This document shows positions 1 through 9,310 of a DNA stretch of 64,000 bases, piece by piece; position 1 is the stretch's first letter; each line of letters opens with the position of its first letter. Under the pieces are notes generated by a model. It was not told the DNA's origin. It searched no databases and saw only the letters and a program-made list of their open reading frames with translations. The translations under genes were made by a program, and so were the position numbers. This stretch comes from Candidatus Nomurabacteria bacterium (GTDB taxonomy: Bacteria > Patescibacteriota > Minisyncoccia > Phycocordibacterales > UBA9973), in assembly GCA_943350875.1 (NCBI GenBank), contig CALRAL010000002.1:68221-132220 (forward strand), read 5' to 3'.

Positions 1-2
1 AA

Positions 3-1886
3 GGTGAAGGAGCAGCAATACAACTCGTTGTGGCTCCGGCGGGGAATGAATTTGTGGATGCATTTCACTTTATCATGGACGAAATAAAAGACGGGGTGTC
101 AGTCAAACATGCTGGGCATTCTTTTTTTAGGATAAAAGAAGATTTCCTAAAAGCTTCAAAAGAAATATTTTTTGGAGTGAAGAAAGATACAGGAGAAAAA
201 AAAGAAAAATATATTAAGGGCAGACGAGCTGTGGATGAAGGTGCGACTGAAAAGATAGGGAACAAGTTAAAGAGTACCATTATGAAAGCCAATATTCGAG
301 TTATCACTTCTGGGGAAACGAAAGAAAGAGCAGAAGCTATCCTGACCGAAGTTGAATCTTCCTTCAATCAATTTACGGAAAATGCAAGCAATAGCTTTGT
401 GTTTGAGAGGTGTTCTGGAAGTGATCTAAAACAGCTTTTCCATGATTTTTCTTTTCGCACTTTTTCAGAGGACAATGTGATGCCACTTAATCTAAAAGAG
501 CTTGCTTCGGTGTTTCATTTCCCTGTAGGTATCGGTAGTCAACCTCAACTAAAAGAGGCAAAGTCTGGTATGGCACCTGCTCCTATTGAGATGAGCAAAG
601 AGGGAATTATTTTAGGAATAAATAGTTATAGGGGCAAAGACACACCGATCCATATGAAGCGCGAGGACAGGATGCGACACTTTTATGTGATAGGCCAGAC
701 GGGTACAGGTAAGACGAACATTATGCTTAATATGATTACTCAAGATATTAGGAATGGTGATGGGTGTTGCTATATTGATCCGCACGGAACTGATATTCAG
801 ACTATTCTTTCTCGTATTCCAAAAGAGAGAATGGATGATGTCATTTATTTTGATCCAGCATATACTCCGCGCCCGATGGGGCTCAACATGCTTGAATATG
901 ATTCTAAATATCCAGAGCAGAAAACTTTTGTGGTAAATGAATTAATGGGAATCTTCAACAAACTTTTTGATATGAAGATAGGTGGTGGAGCGATGTTTGA
1001 GCAATATTTTAGGAACAGTGCATTCCTAGTGATGGAGGATCCAGAGTCTGGTTCGACTTTGCTTGAGATAACACGTGTCTTAGCAGATAAAGAATTCAGA
1101 GATATGAAGCTAGAAAGGTGCAAGAATCCTATCATCAAGCAATTCTGGGTGTCGGCTGAGCAGACTACAGGGGACCAATCGCTTGCAAACTTTGTGCCGT
1201 ATATTTCTTCAAAGTTTGATAACTTTATCTCAAACGACATCATGCGCCCTGTGGTTCTTCAACAGAATTCTGTATTTAACTTTAGAAAGATAATGGATGA
1301 GAAGAAAATTCTTTTGGTTAATCTCTCAAAGGGTAGATTAGGTGATATAAATGCAAATTTGATCGGTTTGGTGCTGGTGGGTAAAATCCAAATGGCTGCA
1401 CTTTCTCGCGTAGATATGTTTGGAAAGTCAATGAATGACTTTTATTTGTATATCGATGAATTCCAAAATGTGACGACAGACTCTATTTCTTCTATCTTGT
1501 CTGAGGCTCGTAAATATAGGCTTTCTCTAAATATTGCTCATCAATACGTCTCTCAGATTGACGAAAAGATAAAGAATGCTGTTTTTGGCAACGTGGGTTC
1601 TATGGCAGTGTTCCGTGTTAGTCCCGAAGATGCAGCTGTTTTTGAGCCAAAGTTCAAACCGATATTTACCGCCCAAGATATCACTAAGCTAGATAATTAC
1701 AATGCGTATATGAGTATGCTTGTAAACGGCCAGCCAGTAAAACCTTTTAATATTCATACCCTCCCCCCTGAAGCAGGGAATATGGAAATAGTGGATGATT
1801 TGAAAGAACTTTCATATTTAAAATACGGCCGTGACCGCGCCGAAGTGGAAGCAGAAATCATGGGGAGGTATAAAACGATGGAATAA
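3..1886 (+). CDS. TraG/VirD4/HerA-like P-loop ATPase (5'-partial)
   Basis: Walker A GQTGTGKT, IDPHG, Walker B LYIDEFQN, LSEARKY; the frame stays open upstream of base 30 to the window edge. Confidence 0.85.
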   Translation, partial: GEGAAIQLVVAPAGNEFVDAFHFIMDEIKDGVSVKHAGHSFFRIKEDFLKASKEIFFGVKKDTGEKKEKYIKGRRAVDEGATEKIGNKLKSTIMKANIRVITSGETKERAEAILTEVESSFNQFTENASNSFVFERCSGSDLKQLFHDFSFRTFSEDNVMPLNLKELASVFHFPVGIGSQPQLKEAKSGMAPAPIEMSKEGIILGINSYRGKDTPIHMKREDRMRHFYVIGQTGTGKTNIMLNMITQDIRNGDGCCYIDPHGTDIQTILSRIPKERMDDVIYFDPAYTPRPMGLNMLEYDSKYPEQKTFVVNELMGIFNKLFDMKIGGGAMFEQYFRNSAFLVMEDPESGSTLLEITRVLADKEFRDMKLERCKNPIIKQFWVSAEQTTGDQSLANFVPYISSKFDNFISNDIMRPVVLQQNSVFNFRKIMDEKKILLVNLSKGRLGDINANLIGLVLVGKIQMAALSRVDMFGKSMNDFYLYIDEFQNVTTDSISSILSEARKYRLSLNIAHQYVSQIDEKIKNAVFGNVGSMAVFRVSPEDAAVFEPKFKPIFTAQDITKLDNYNAYMSMLVNGQPVKPFNIHTLPPEAGNMEIVDDLKELSYLKYGRDRAEVEAEIMGRYKTME

Positions 1887-1890
1887 ATTT

Positions 1891-2835
1891 ATGTTTGAAA
1901 GTTTTAGTAAAAAAAATAATATAGAGAAGAAAGAAATATTTCCAAACAAAGAAAATTTTTTAAAGAATTTTGATGTTTTTAAAAAACTGGTCAAAGTTAT
2001 TGGACTATCGATGATATTTTGGTTTGGGAATGGCCAAACGAAAGCTCTAGCAGATACAAAAGAAGAGACAATGAAAGCTTCAGAGCAGCAAAAGGAATGG
2101 CTTTTAGATTATATAGATTCAGACAAATACAAGGAAAGATTAATGAAAGAATTTGGCAGGTATAGAAAATTGGGTTTTCCACAATCGTACGAATCATTTA
2201 TGGCTAGTTCTAATTTCCAAAAAACAATGGAACTTTCAGACAAAAAGCCTTATGAGATACTGGATATGGTTTTACCAATAGATGAAAATAAAGACCTCTC
2301 TGAAAAGGATGAAAAAACTGTGGATGGAGAAATTTCTGGACGAAGGAAATCTGTAGGAGGTATTGATTTTAAAGTTTCAGATTCTATCCCCGGTGGACTT
2401 TATGGTGTCACCAATATACAAAATGAAGTAGATATACTTGATTTTGGTAAACAAACAAAAGATACCACTTCTTTTACAACTCCTGTGCATGAATTTACTC
2501 ATGCTTCTACAGAAGGCAATCAAAATATTTTTAATGAATCTTTTTGGGTTGTAAAGAATAAACAAGCAGAAAAAGGTTTCTTTGACCCGACAGAAGTGAT
2601 GGCTCGAATGAATCAGCTACGTTTTTTAATGGAAAAATATGGTATTTCAGATCAAAAAAATAGTGATTTTACTGGAATAGATTATGAAAAAGTTTTAAGC
2701 ACTCCGGAAATTATGAATGATTTTGGAGTTCATCAGTTAATGGAGTGGCTAGATAAAGATTCACTTATTTGGTTGATGAACAATGTTGCTGATGCTTTAT
2801 CGTCTCCTGTTAATAGTCTTGAAACAAAAGCTTAA
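1891..2835 (+). CDS. Hypothetical protein, possible zincin-like metallopeptidase
   Basis: ATG at 1891 just after the upstream stop; N-terminal hydrophobic stretch; HEFTH (HExxH) with downstream E in PTEVMAR. Confidence 0.6.
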   Translation: MFESFSKKNNIEKKEIFPNKENFLKNFDVFKKLVKVIGLSMIFWFGNGQTKALADTKEETMKASEQQKEWLLDYIDSDKYKERLMKEFGRYRKLGFPQSYESFMASSNFQKTMELSDKKPYEILDMVLPIDENKDLSEKDEKTVDGEISGRRKSVGGIDFKVSDSIPGGLYGVTNIQNEVDILDFGKQTKDTTSFTTPVHEFTHASTEGNQNIFNESFWVVKNKQAEKGFFDPTEVMARMNQLRFLMEKYGISDQKNSDFTGIDYEKVLSTPEIMNDFGVHQLMEWLDKDSLIWLMNNVADALSSPVNSLETKA

Positions 2836-2879
2836 TTTTTTTTGCAAAAAGTATTTTTTTATGATATAGTACTGAAAGT

Positions 2880-3068
2880 ATGAATACAATAACTGTTGGA
2901 AAAGTAAATAATCAAATTAAGGCTCTTGTTTCAAGCGCAGTTTTTGATGTTTTTAATGATCCTGATTTTGGACTTGATTTAAGTAATAAAGCCAAGAGAA
3001 GGCTATCTGTTTCTTCTAAAAAAAGTAAAAATATTTCCCTTAGTCAAATTAAGAAAAAATATTTATAA
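2880..3068 (+). CDS. Small protein, probable type II antitoxin
   Basis: 62 aa ending ISLSQIKKKYL, an antitoxin-like tail; directly upstream of a RelE-like fragment; TATAGT -10 shortly before the ATG. Confidence 0.6.
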   Translation: MNTITVGKVNNQIKALVSSAVFDVFNDPDFGLDLSNKAKRRLSVSSKKSKNISLSQIKKKYL

Positions 3069-3077
3069 AATACCTAA

Positions 3078-3203
3078 GATTTTCGCGACTATTTTAAACT
3101 TAGGGTTGGGGATTGGCGTTTATTCTACCAGGTTGATTGGTCTAATAATATTATTACGATAAAATACATAGACCACTGCAGTAAAGCTTATAAAAATAAA
3201 TAG
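3078..3203 (+). pseudogene. C-terminal fragment of a RelE/ParE-family toxin
   Basis: Translates DFRDYFKLRVGDWRLFYQVDWSNNIITIKYIDHCSKAYKNK*; in-frame TAA at 3075 and no start codon. Confidence 0.75.
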
Positions 3204-3206
3204 TTT

Positions 3207-3776
3207 ATGGAAGAATTTGAAATAAAATTTTTAGAGGTTGATGTGCCGAGTCTTGAGAAAAAGTTGGTTGAAATCGGTGCTAAAAAGGTGCTGGACATTA
3301 CTTATCGTAGGAGGGTATTTGATTTCCCAGATTTAAGATTAGCCAATAATCATTCTTGGCTACGTTTGCGTGACGAGGGAGACAAAGTGACTTTCACATA
3401 CAAAAAGCGTTTAGGTACCAAAAAAAATCAATTAAAAGATGATAGTATGCACGAGATAGAAGTGATTGTCAGTGATTTTGAAAAGACTGCAGATTTGATT
3501 AAATCAACAGGAATGATTGAAAAATTCTATGAAGAAAATAAGAGAATTAAATACGAGTTAGATGAAGTTGAATTTTGTTTAGATGAGTGGCCCTTAATCC
3601 CACCATATCTTGAAATAGAAGGGAAAAGTTGGGAAAAAGTAAAAGAAGCTACATCAAAGCTTGGTTTGGACTGGGAAAAACATATTAAATGCTCGACGAT
3701 GCAGATATATAAACATTATGGTATAGAGGAGAATGATTTTTCTATTTTAACTTTTGAAAAACAAGTAAAAAAATAA
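3207..3776 (+). CDS. CYTH-domain protein (class IV adenylate cyclase-like)
   Basis: N-terminal EFEIKF (ExExK), WLRLR, YLEIEG. Confidence 0.88.
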   Translation: MEEFEIKFLEVDVPSLEKKLVEIGAKKVLDITYRRRVFDFPDLRLANNHSWLRLRDEGDKVTFTYKKRLGTKKNQLKDDSMHEIEVIVSDFEKTADLIKSTGMIEKFYEENKRIKYELDEVEFCLDEWPLIPPYLEIEGKSWEKVKEATSKLGLDWEKHIKCSTMQIYKHYGIEENDFSILTFEKQVKK

Positions 3777-3838
3777 TTTTTGCAATTTAGGTTTTTTCTG
3801 GTAAGATAAGGTTATATTATTATTTAGTATTTTTATTT

Positions 3839-4423
3839 ATGAAACATCCAAAAGAAGAGAGGACATATGTGATGATAAAGCCGGACGGTGTCAGAAAAGG
3901 CTTGACTGGGGAGATTATAAAGCGTTTTGAGCAACGTGATTTAAAGATTGTAGCTCTTGAGATGTTCCAACCTAAGCATGATCAATTAAATGATCATTAT
4001 CCAAAAAGTGAAGAATGGATTACGAGACTAGGCCATAAAACTCTTTCCACTTATCAAAAGTATGGCTATGATGCAATGTTAGATTTTGGAACTTTAGAAC
4101 CAGAAAAAATAGGCCCTGAGATTCGTAAATGGCTTATTGATTATATGAAAACAGCTCCATTAGTAAAAATGGTAGTACAAGGAGTACATGCGGTGGATGT
4201 TGTGCGTAAAATTGCTGGACAGACTATGCCATATGTAGCTGAGATGGGAACAATTCGAGGAGATTTCTCTATAGATAGTCCTGCACTAGCTAACAAAGAA
4301 AAAAGAGCTGTGATGAATATTGTGCACTGTTCAGAAACTCCAGAAGAAGCAGAACATGAGATAAAACACTGGTTTGGAGCAACTAAATTACATGAATATA
4401 AACGTTTTGGAGTGGATGAATAA
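3839..4423 (+). CDS. ndk: Nucleoside diphosphate kinase
   Basis: ERTYVMIKPDGV, GTIRGDFS, NIVHCSE. Confidence 0.95.
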   Translation: MKHPKEERTYVMIKPDGVRKGLTGEIIKRFEQRDLKIVALEMFQPKHDQLNDHYPKSEEWITRLGHKTLSTYQKYGYDAMLDFGTLEPEKIGPEIRKWLIDYMKTAPLVKMVVQGVHAVDVVRKIAGQTMPYVAEMGTIRGDFSIDSPALANKEKRAVMNIVHCSETPEEAEHEIKHWFGATKLHEYKRFGVDE

Positions 4424-4450
4424 AAAATTTGTATTCAGAAACAAAAAAGG

Positions 4451-4480
4451 AGTCTCGTCTAGTTGCGGGACTTTTTGTTT
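4451..4480 (+). terminator. Intrinsic terminator after ndk
   Basis: AGTCTCG...CGGGACT hairpin followed by T tract. Confidence 0.55.
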
Positions 4481-4490
4481 TTGTTAGAAT
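4463..4490 (+). promoter_or_regulatory. Sigma70-type promoter for the 6S-like RNA
   Basis: TTGCGG-16 nt-TAGAAT with extended TG; the structured RNA starts 6 nt downstream. Confidence 0.5.
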
Positions 4491-4495
4491 TTAAG

Positions 4496-4621
4496 TAGGG
4501 TTATTTCCGATTATTACCTAGAACAATATTTTAAGGGAGTCTCGATCACTTTTAACCTTGGTTAAAAATGTCTGACACCCACCTAAGCGTGAGCTATGGT
4601 AATATATCTGAAATAGTCCTA
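4496..4621 (+). ncRNA. ssrS: Putative compact 6S RNA
   Basis: Rod fold: TAGGGTTATTTC..TATTACC pairs with GGTAATA..GAAATAGTCCTA; central unpaired bubble; terminal stem GGG..GTC..TTTTAACC/GGTTAAAA..GAC.CCC; own promoter and terminator. Confidence 0.65.
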
Positions 4622-4628
4622 AGAAGAG

Positions 4629-4660
4629 ATTCGCCATTAAATTTTTCAGGCGGATTTTTT
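4629..4660 (+). terminator. Intrinsic terminator after the 6S-like RNA
   Basis: ATTCGCC...GGCGGAT followed by T run. Confidence 0.6.
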
Positions 4661-4685
4661 CTTTTAAATAAGGTATAATTACAAA

Positions 4686-5120
4686 ATGGATAGGAGAAAG
4701 CTTCTAAAGCATCTGACATACCTTATATTTTTTATTTTTATCATAAATACTTTAGCCTTGAAGCTGTATTGGTATTCTCTGATCTGGTGGTTTGATATGC
4801 CGATGCATTTTATGGGTGGATTCTTTATAGGGCTTTTATGGATGTTTGTTTTTCCACCCAAAGATCTTAGTTTCAAATCCATTTTGAAAATAATTTTAGG
4901 AGTTTTATTTATAGGAATTTTATGGGAAGTTTTTGAAGTATTTTTAAACAATTATACTGTCCAAAATCCATTTGATATGATTGACACTCTCTCAGATATT
5001 TTTTTTGACTTCGTGGGAGGTATTTTTTCTTTCTTTTATTTTTCAAAAAGAATTATAAATATTAAAGCCTCGCCCGTAGGTCAAGAGCCTACTGGCTATG
5101 GCCGAGGGAAAAATGTATAA
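4686..5120 (+). CDS. Multi-pass membrane protein
   Basis: Four hydrophobic segments; WWFDMPMHFMGG, GILWEVFE, DTLSDIFFD motifs. Confidence 0.8.
   Translation: MDRRKLLKHLTYLIFFIFIINTLALKLYWYSLIWWFDMPMHFMGGFFIGLLWMFVFPPKDLSFKSILKIILGVLFIGILWEVFEVFLNNYTVQNPFDMIDTLSDIFFDFVGGIFSFFYFSKRIINIKASPVGQEPTGYGRGKNV
5067..5108 (+). repeat. GC-rich palindromic element in the 3' end of a CDS
   Basis: CCTCG..GTAGG-tcaagag-CCTAC..CGAGG, read in frame as ASPVGQEPTGYGRG in an AT-rich gene. Confidence 0.6.
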
Positions 5121-5127
5121 TCAAATT

Positions 5128-6492
5128 ATGGCAAGCATGGTAAAAATATCTTTTTTTGGAGGTACAGGCTCGGTGACTGGGGCGAATTTTTTATTGGAAG
5201 CTGAAGGCAAAAAGATCTTGGTTGACTGTGGGCTGACTCAAGGGATGAAATTAGCGGATGATATAAACTGGGATCCTTTTCCTTATGATCCAAAAACTAT
5301 AGATATGCTTTTTATTTCTCATGCGCATGTGGACCATATAGGTAGGATTCCAAAAATAATAAATGACGGTTTTCGAGGTAAAATCTATTCTACTAAACCA
5401 ACGAAATCTCTAGCTAGCCCGATGCTTGAAGATACGATGGGAATATTATCTAAAAATACAGAATTTGGTTTGGATAAAATATACACCGAAGAAAACATCA
5501 GATTAGCTCTCGCAAATTGGTTGTCATATGATTATCATGAAAAAATAAAAATCACAGATAACTTCGAAGTTTCTTTTAGAGATGCAGGACACATATTGGG
5601 TTCAGCGATGTTTGAATTTATTTTGAATGGTAAGAAAATTCTTTTTACAGGAGACTTGGGTAATAGCCCTTCACCACTTCTACCAGATACAGAAAAGGTG
5701 ACAGATGTTGATTATTTAATAATGGAATCTGTGTACGGGGATAGGAACCATGAATCTAGAGAGGATCGTAGGAAATTCTTAGAAGAAACAATAGAAGATA
5801 ATTACAAAAGAAAGGGAACTCTCATCATCCCTACTTTTTCTTTGGAGCGTTCGCAAGAACTTCTTTTTGAATTAAATACTTTAGTTGAGGGGAATCGTAT
5901 TCCTGTGATGCCTGTGTTTTTAGACTCCCCTTTGGCTATACATTTGACAGAGGTTTTTAAACAATACAAGGATTATTTTAATAAAACTGCGCAAAAAGCA
6001 TTATCTAAAGATAAATACTTATTCGATTTTCCCGGACTTCACTCCACTCTTCGTTCAGAAGAATCAAAAGTTATTGGTACAGTGCCAAATCCTAAAATAA
6101 TTATCGCTGGTTCTGGTATGTCCTCAGGTGGTAGAGTGGTGCATCACGAGAGACATTATCTACCAGATCCGAATAATACTCTTCTTCTGACGGGTTACCA
6201 ATCTGTAGGTACCCCTGGACGTTTAATCCAAGAAGGGGCAAAAACTGTACATATCACAGGCGAGGATGTCCCAGTGCGTGCGCATGTCGTGACTATTTCT
6301 GGATATTCAGGACATAAAGATTCTGATCATTTACTTTCTTTCGTAGAAGATATGGAAGACACAGTGAAGAAAGTTTTTGTGGTTATGGGTGAACCAAAAT
6401 CTTCTATGTTTCTAGTACAGAAATTAAAAGATAATTTGGGCATAGAAGCTTATGCTCCAGAATATGGCGACAGTGTTTCATTTATCTGTTAG
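5128..6492 (+). CDS. Metallo-beta-lactamase/beta-CASP ribonuclease
   Basis: VDCG, SHAHVDHIG, AGHILGS, MESVYG, SGH; start chosen just after TATAAT (5116-5121). Confidence 0.92.
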   Translation: MASMVKISFFGGTGSVTGANFLLEAEGKKILVDCGLTQGMKLADDINWDPFPYDPKTIDMLFISHAHVDHIGRIPKIINDGFRGKIYSTKPTKSLASPMLEDTMGILSKNTEFGLDKIYTEENIRLALANWLSYDYHEKIKITDNFEVSFRDAGHILGSAMFEFILNGKKILFTGDLGNSPSPLLPDTEKVTDVDYLIMESVYGDRNHESREDRRKFLEETIEDNYKRKGTLIIPTFSLERSQELLFELNTLVEGNRIPVMPVFLDSPLAIHLTEVFKQYKDYFNKTAQKALSKDKYLFDFPGLHSTLRSEESKVIGTVPNPKIIIAGSGMSSGGRVVHHERHYLPDPNNTLLLTGYQSVGTPGRLIQEGAKTVHITGEDVPVRAHVVTISGYSGHKDSDHLLSFVEDMEDTVKKVFVVMGEPKSSMFLVQKLKDNLGIEAYAPEYGDSVSFIC

Positions 6493-6517
6493 ACTTTATA
6501 TGCTATAATCACTATCT

Positions 6518-7117
6518 ATGGATGTAAATTCTTCAAATATTTATAATAAGCATGGACATCAGCAGATCAAGATCTGTGTTTCAGGAGCAGCTGACACTGG
6601 GCACTGTGGCATTGGAGCGCTTGAAAAGGCAAAGGAGCTTGGGCGAGAGATAGCTCGCCAGGGGGCAGTACTTGTCACAGGAGCTACTACAGGCTTTCCA
6701 CTCTGGGCAGCAATGGGCGCCAAAGAAGTAGGGGGTATCTCTGTTGGTTTTTCTCCTGCTGCTTCTGAAAAAGAGCATGTGGAAGTGTACAAATTGCCAT
6801 TGGATTATATGGATTTGATTATTTATACCGGTTTTGGATATCCGGGGAGAGATTTGCTTCTGACTCGTTCGTCTGATGCTGTGGTATGTGGCTGTGGACG
6901 GATTGGTACTATTCATGAATTCACTATTGCCTTTGAAGATGACAAAGTTATCGGTATTTTCGAAGGTCCTTGGGAAATGGGGAAGGAATTAGAAGAAATA
7001 TTGGCAAAAGGCCATCGTCCAAATAATAAAATTACTATAAATTCTGACCCTAAAAAGATGGTTTCAGACATTATCGAATTAGTCAGAAAAAATAAAGTGA
7101 ATGAATATAAAGTTTAA
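6518..7117 (+). CDS. LOG/SLOG-family (TIGR00725-like) nucleotide-binding protein
   Basis: ELGREIA, VTGATTG, GRDLLL, GCGRIGTIHE. Confidence 0.8.
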   Translation: MDVNSSNIYNKHGHQQIKICVSGAADTGHCGIGALEKAKELGREIARQGAVLVTGATTGFPLWAAMGAKEVGGISVGFSPAASEKEHVEVYKLPLDYMDLIIYTGFGYPGRDLLLTRSSDAVVCGCGRIGTIHEFTIAFEDDKVIGIFEGPWEMGKELEEILAKGHRPNNKITINSDPKKMVSDIIELVRKNKVNEYKV

Positions 7118-8676
7118 AGTGCTTTACTTATTTCTTCGATTCCTTTTTTGGGATTTTCTATATCATAGTGTATTGTTTTCAGGTTTGGGCAATTTTTAAA
7201 ATCAATATCATCTATAAATATTTTTCTATTGTCGGTGAAAATTATTTCTCCTTGCCTGTTTTTATCACAGATCTTTTCTATGACATTCTTTTTACTTTCT
7301 GGTACTATGTGGATTTCACAAAATAGTTGTGATATATTACTCCTTTTTATTTTATCTTTTTGAAAATCTTTATCACCATTTGTCACCATATAACAATTTG
7401 TTTTTCCCATTTTTTTCACAATCTCAAGCAGTTCTGTATTTGTAAAATTTTTACACTCTTTCATTATTTTCTGGTACAAATCTTTTTCTAGTTTTTTACT
7501 AAACTTTTTTTGTTTAATAAAAAGCTTAGATATGAATTTTTTTAATGAAAATGGAAACTGGTCTTTTCTTACTTTTTTATAATAATTTAAGGCTGTAGGT
7601 AATGGCACCCCAGCTTCTTCTATAGAAGAAAACATGTGTTTCTTAAACTGTTTTGTGTTGTTAAACAATACGTCATCAAAATCAAAAATAAACTTTGCAT
7701 GATTTTGTATTATATTGTTTATGCAATTCGCTATTTTAGAAGAATCGTGTATTATAAAACTTCGGATATTTTGTAAAACGTCTCCATTGTTGTGTGCAAA
7801 AATAGAGTGTGATATAAGTGGAGTACGTATGATACGTTTATCATTTAAATCATCTTTTATTAAAACATTATTTCCTTCTTTTAATTTATAACGTTCCACT
7901 TGTTCTTTTGATGGTGCTTCATTATTGATTAAAATAATGTCTATATCTTTTCCAAGATACATTTCAATATTTTTTACATAATCACTTACTTTCCAATTTT
8001 TTGTATGCCCTTGTTTGTTGGTCAAGTTTACCGGTAGTATTATTTTTGCCTTACTTTTAGTTAATGTTTCTTTAAAACCTTCCACTAGAATGTTTGGAAT
8101 TATAGAACAATAATAATCTCCTGGACCTATGATAATAAAGTCTGCTTTTAATATTGCGTTTCTCGCGTCTTTATTTATTTTTACACTTTTTTTATAAAAG
8201 ATTTTTTTTATACCAATATTATATAGATTAGCCTTTGTTATATTAACTTGTCCTTCGATTAAAGTACGATTTTTTAATATCACAGACAATTCTGCCTTAT
8301 TTTTTGTTATCGGCACGACACTACCTTTTACTTTTAGAATTTCTGAAGCTATCTCTACTCCTTGAGCAAAATTCCCTGTCACTTTTTCAAGCGCTGCTAA
8401 AAAAATATTACCAAAGCTATGACCTGAGAGTTTACCTTCATTAAATCTATAACTCATTAATTTTCTAACAATATCAGTATGCTCACTTAGCGCTACTAGG
8501 CATTGTCTGACATCACCTGGGGGAAGTACCCCTAATTCATCACGCAATATTCCTGTTGAACCACCATTATCTGCCATAGATACAAGCGCAGTCAAAGAAA
8601 CATCTGGGATATTTTTCAACCCCGAGAGGATAGTATAGCTACCAGTACCTCCTCCTATAGTTACTATCTTTTTCAT
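7114..8676 (-). CDS. YvcK/GlmR (UPF0052) protein fused to a HAD-like domain
   Basis: TIGGGTG, ADNGGSTG, PPGDVRQ, GHSFGN, IIGPG; C-terminal IFDFDDVL, VTNG, FTDN. Confidence 0.85.
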   Translation of the reverse strand: MKKIVTIGGGTGSYTILSGLKNIPDVSLTALVSMADNGGSTGILRDELGVLPPGDVRQCLVALSEHTDIVRKLMSYRFNEGKLSGHSFGNIFLAALEKVTGNFAQGVEIASEILKVKGSVVPITKNKAELSVILKNRTLIEGQVNITKANLYNIGIKKIFYKKSVKINKDARNAILKADFIIIGPGDYYCSIIPNILVEGFKETLTKSKAKIILPVNLTNKQGHTKNWKVSDYVKNIEMYLGKDIDIILINNEAPSKEQVERYKLKEGNNVLIKDDLNDKRIIRTPLISHSIFAHNNGDVLQNIRSFIIHDSSKIANCINNIIQNHAKFIFDFDDVLFNNTKQFKKHMFSSIEEAGVPLPTALNYYKKVRKDQFPFSLKKFISKLFIKQKKFSKKLEKDLYQKIMKECKNFTNTELLEIVKKMGKTNCYMVTNGDKDFQKDKIKRSNISQLFCEIHIVPESKKNVIEKICDKNRQGEIIFTDNRKIFIDDIDFKNCPNLKTIHYDIENPKKGIEEISKAL

Positions 8677-8689
8677 GGAAAAGATTTAT

Positions 8690-9034
8690 CTATTTTACAG
8701 CTTCCAATACTTTGGCAAAAGTTTTAGGATTGTTCTCAGCTAAATCAGCGAGTATCTTGCGATCAAGCATTATATTCTTTGCCTTTAACGCGCCGATGAG
8801 TTTTGAATAGGACATGCCTAGCTCACGGCTACCAGCATTTATCTTTATATTCCAAAGTTTCCTGTTATGAGATTTTTTATCTTTTCTATGTGCAAAGGCA
8901 TAGTTCCCAGCATGAAGGAGAGCTTCTTTTGCTTGGCGTTCCTTCGTGCTCCTGCCGTGACGCATTCCTTTAGTTTGCTTTAAGACACTTCTCTTTCTCT
9001 TTAACGCATGTACTCCCTTTTTTACTCTTGTCAT
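8690..9034 (-). CDS. rplT: 50S ribosomal protein L20
   Basis: MTRVKKG, RKLWNIKINAG, LDRKILADLA. Confidence 0.97.
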   Translation of the reverse strand: MTRVKKGVHALKRKRSVLKQTKGMRHGRSTKERQAKEALLHAGNYAFAHRKDKKSHNRKLWNIKINAGSRELGMSYSKLIGALKAKNIMLDRKILADLAENNPKTFAKVLEAVK

Positions 9035-9042
9035 TTTTAGAT

Positions 9043-9237
9043 TTAATTAAATGGTAATAAGTGACTCTTTGGCTTGTTCTTAATTACAAAATCATTACCT
9101 TTTCGGCCGGCCAATTGTTTAGTCCTCTTTTGTTTTGCATTGAAATGATTAAAGCCTGCTTTCCTAGAAAGCACCTTGCCATTCTTGGTAAGTTTTAATC
9201 TTTTGCTAAACGATTTGTTTGTTTTCATTCCTTTCAT
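9043..9237 (-). CDS. rpmI: 50S ribosomal protein L35
   Basis: MKTNKSFSKRLKLTKNGK; lies between infC and rplT. Confidence 0.95.
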   Translation of the reverse strand: MKGMKTNKSFSKRLKLTKNGKVLSRKAGFNHFNAKQKRTKQLAGRKGNDFVIKNKPKSHLLPFN

Positions 9238-9306
9238 CCCAGTACTAAAATTTTAACTAATAATCTTTATCATTATGTCCCGTAATCAAAAATTTAGTAC
9301 GGGACA
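9236..9306 (-). repeat. TCCCGTAC...GGGAT inverted-repeat element between infC and rpmI
   Basis: Minus strand TGTCCCGTACTAAATTTTT can pair with either TACGGGACA or AAAATTTTAGTACTGGGAT, which runs into the rpmI ATG. Confidence 0.6.
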
Positions 9307-9310
9307 GGTA

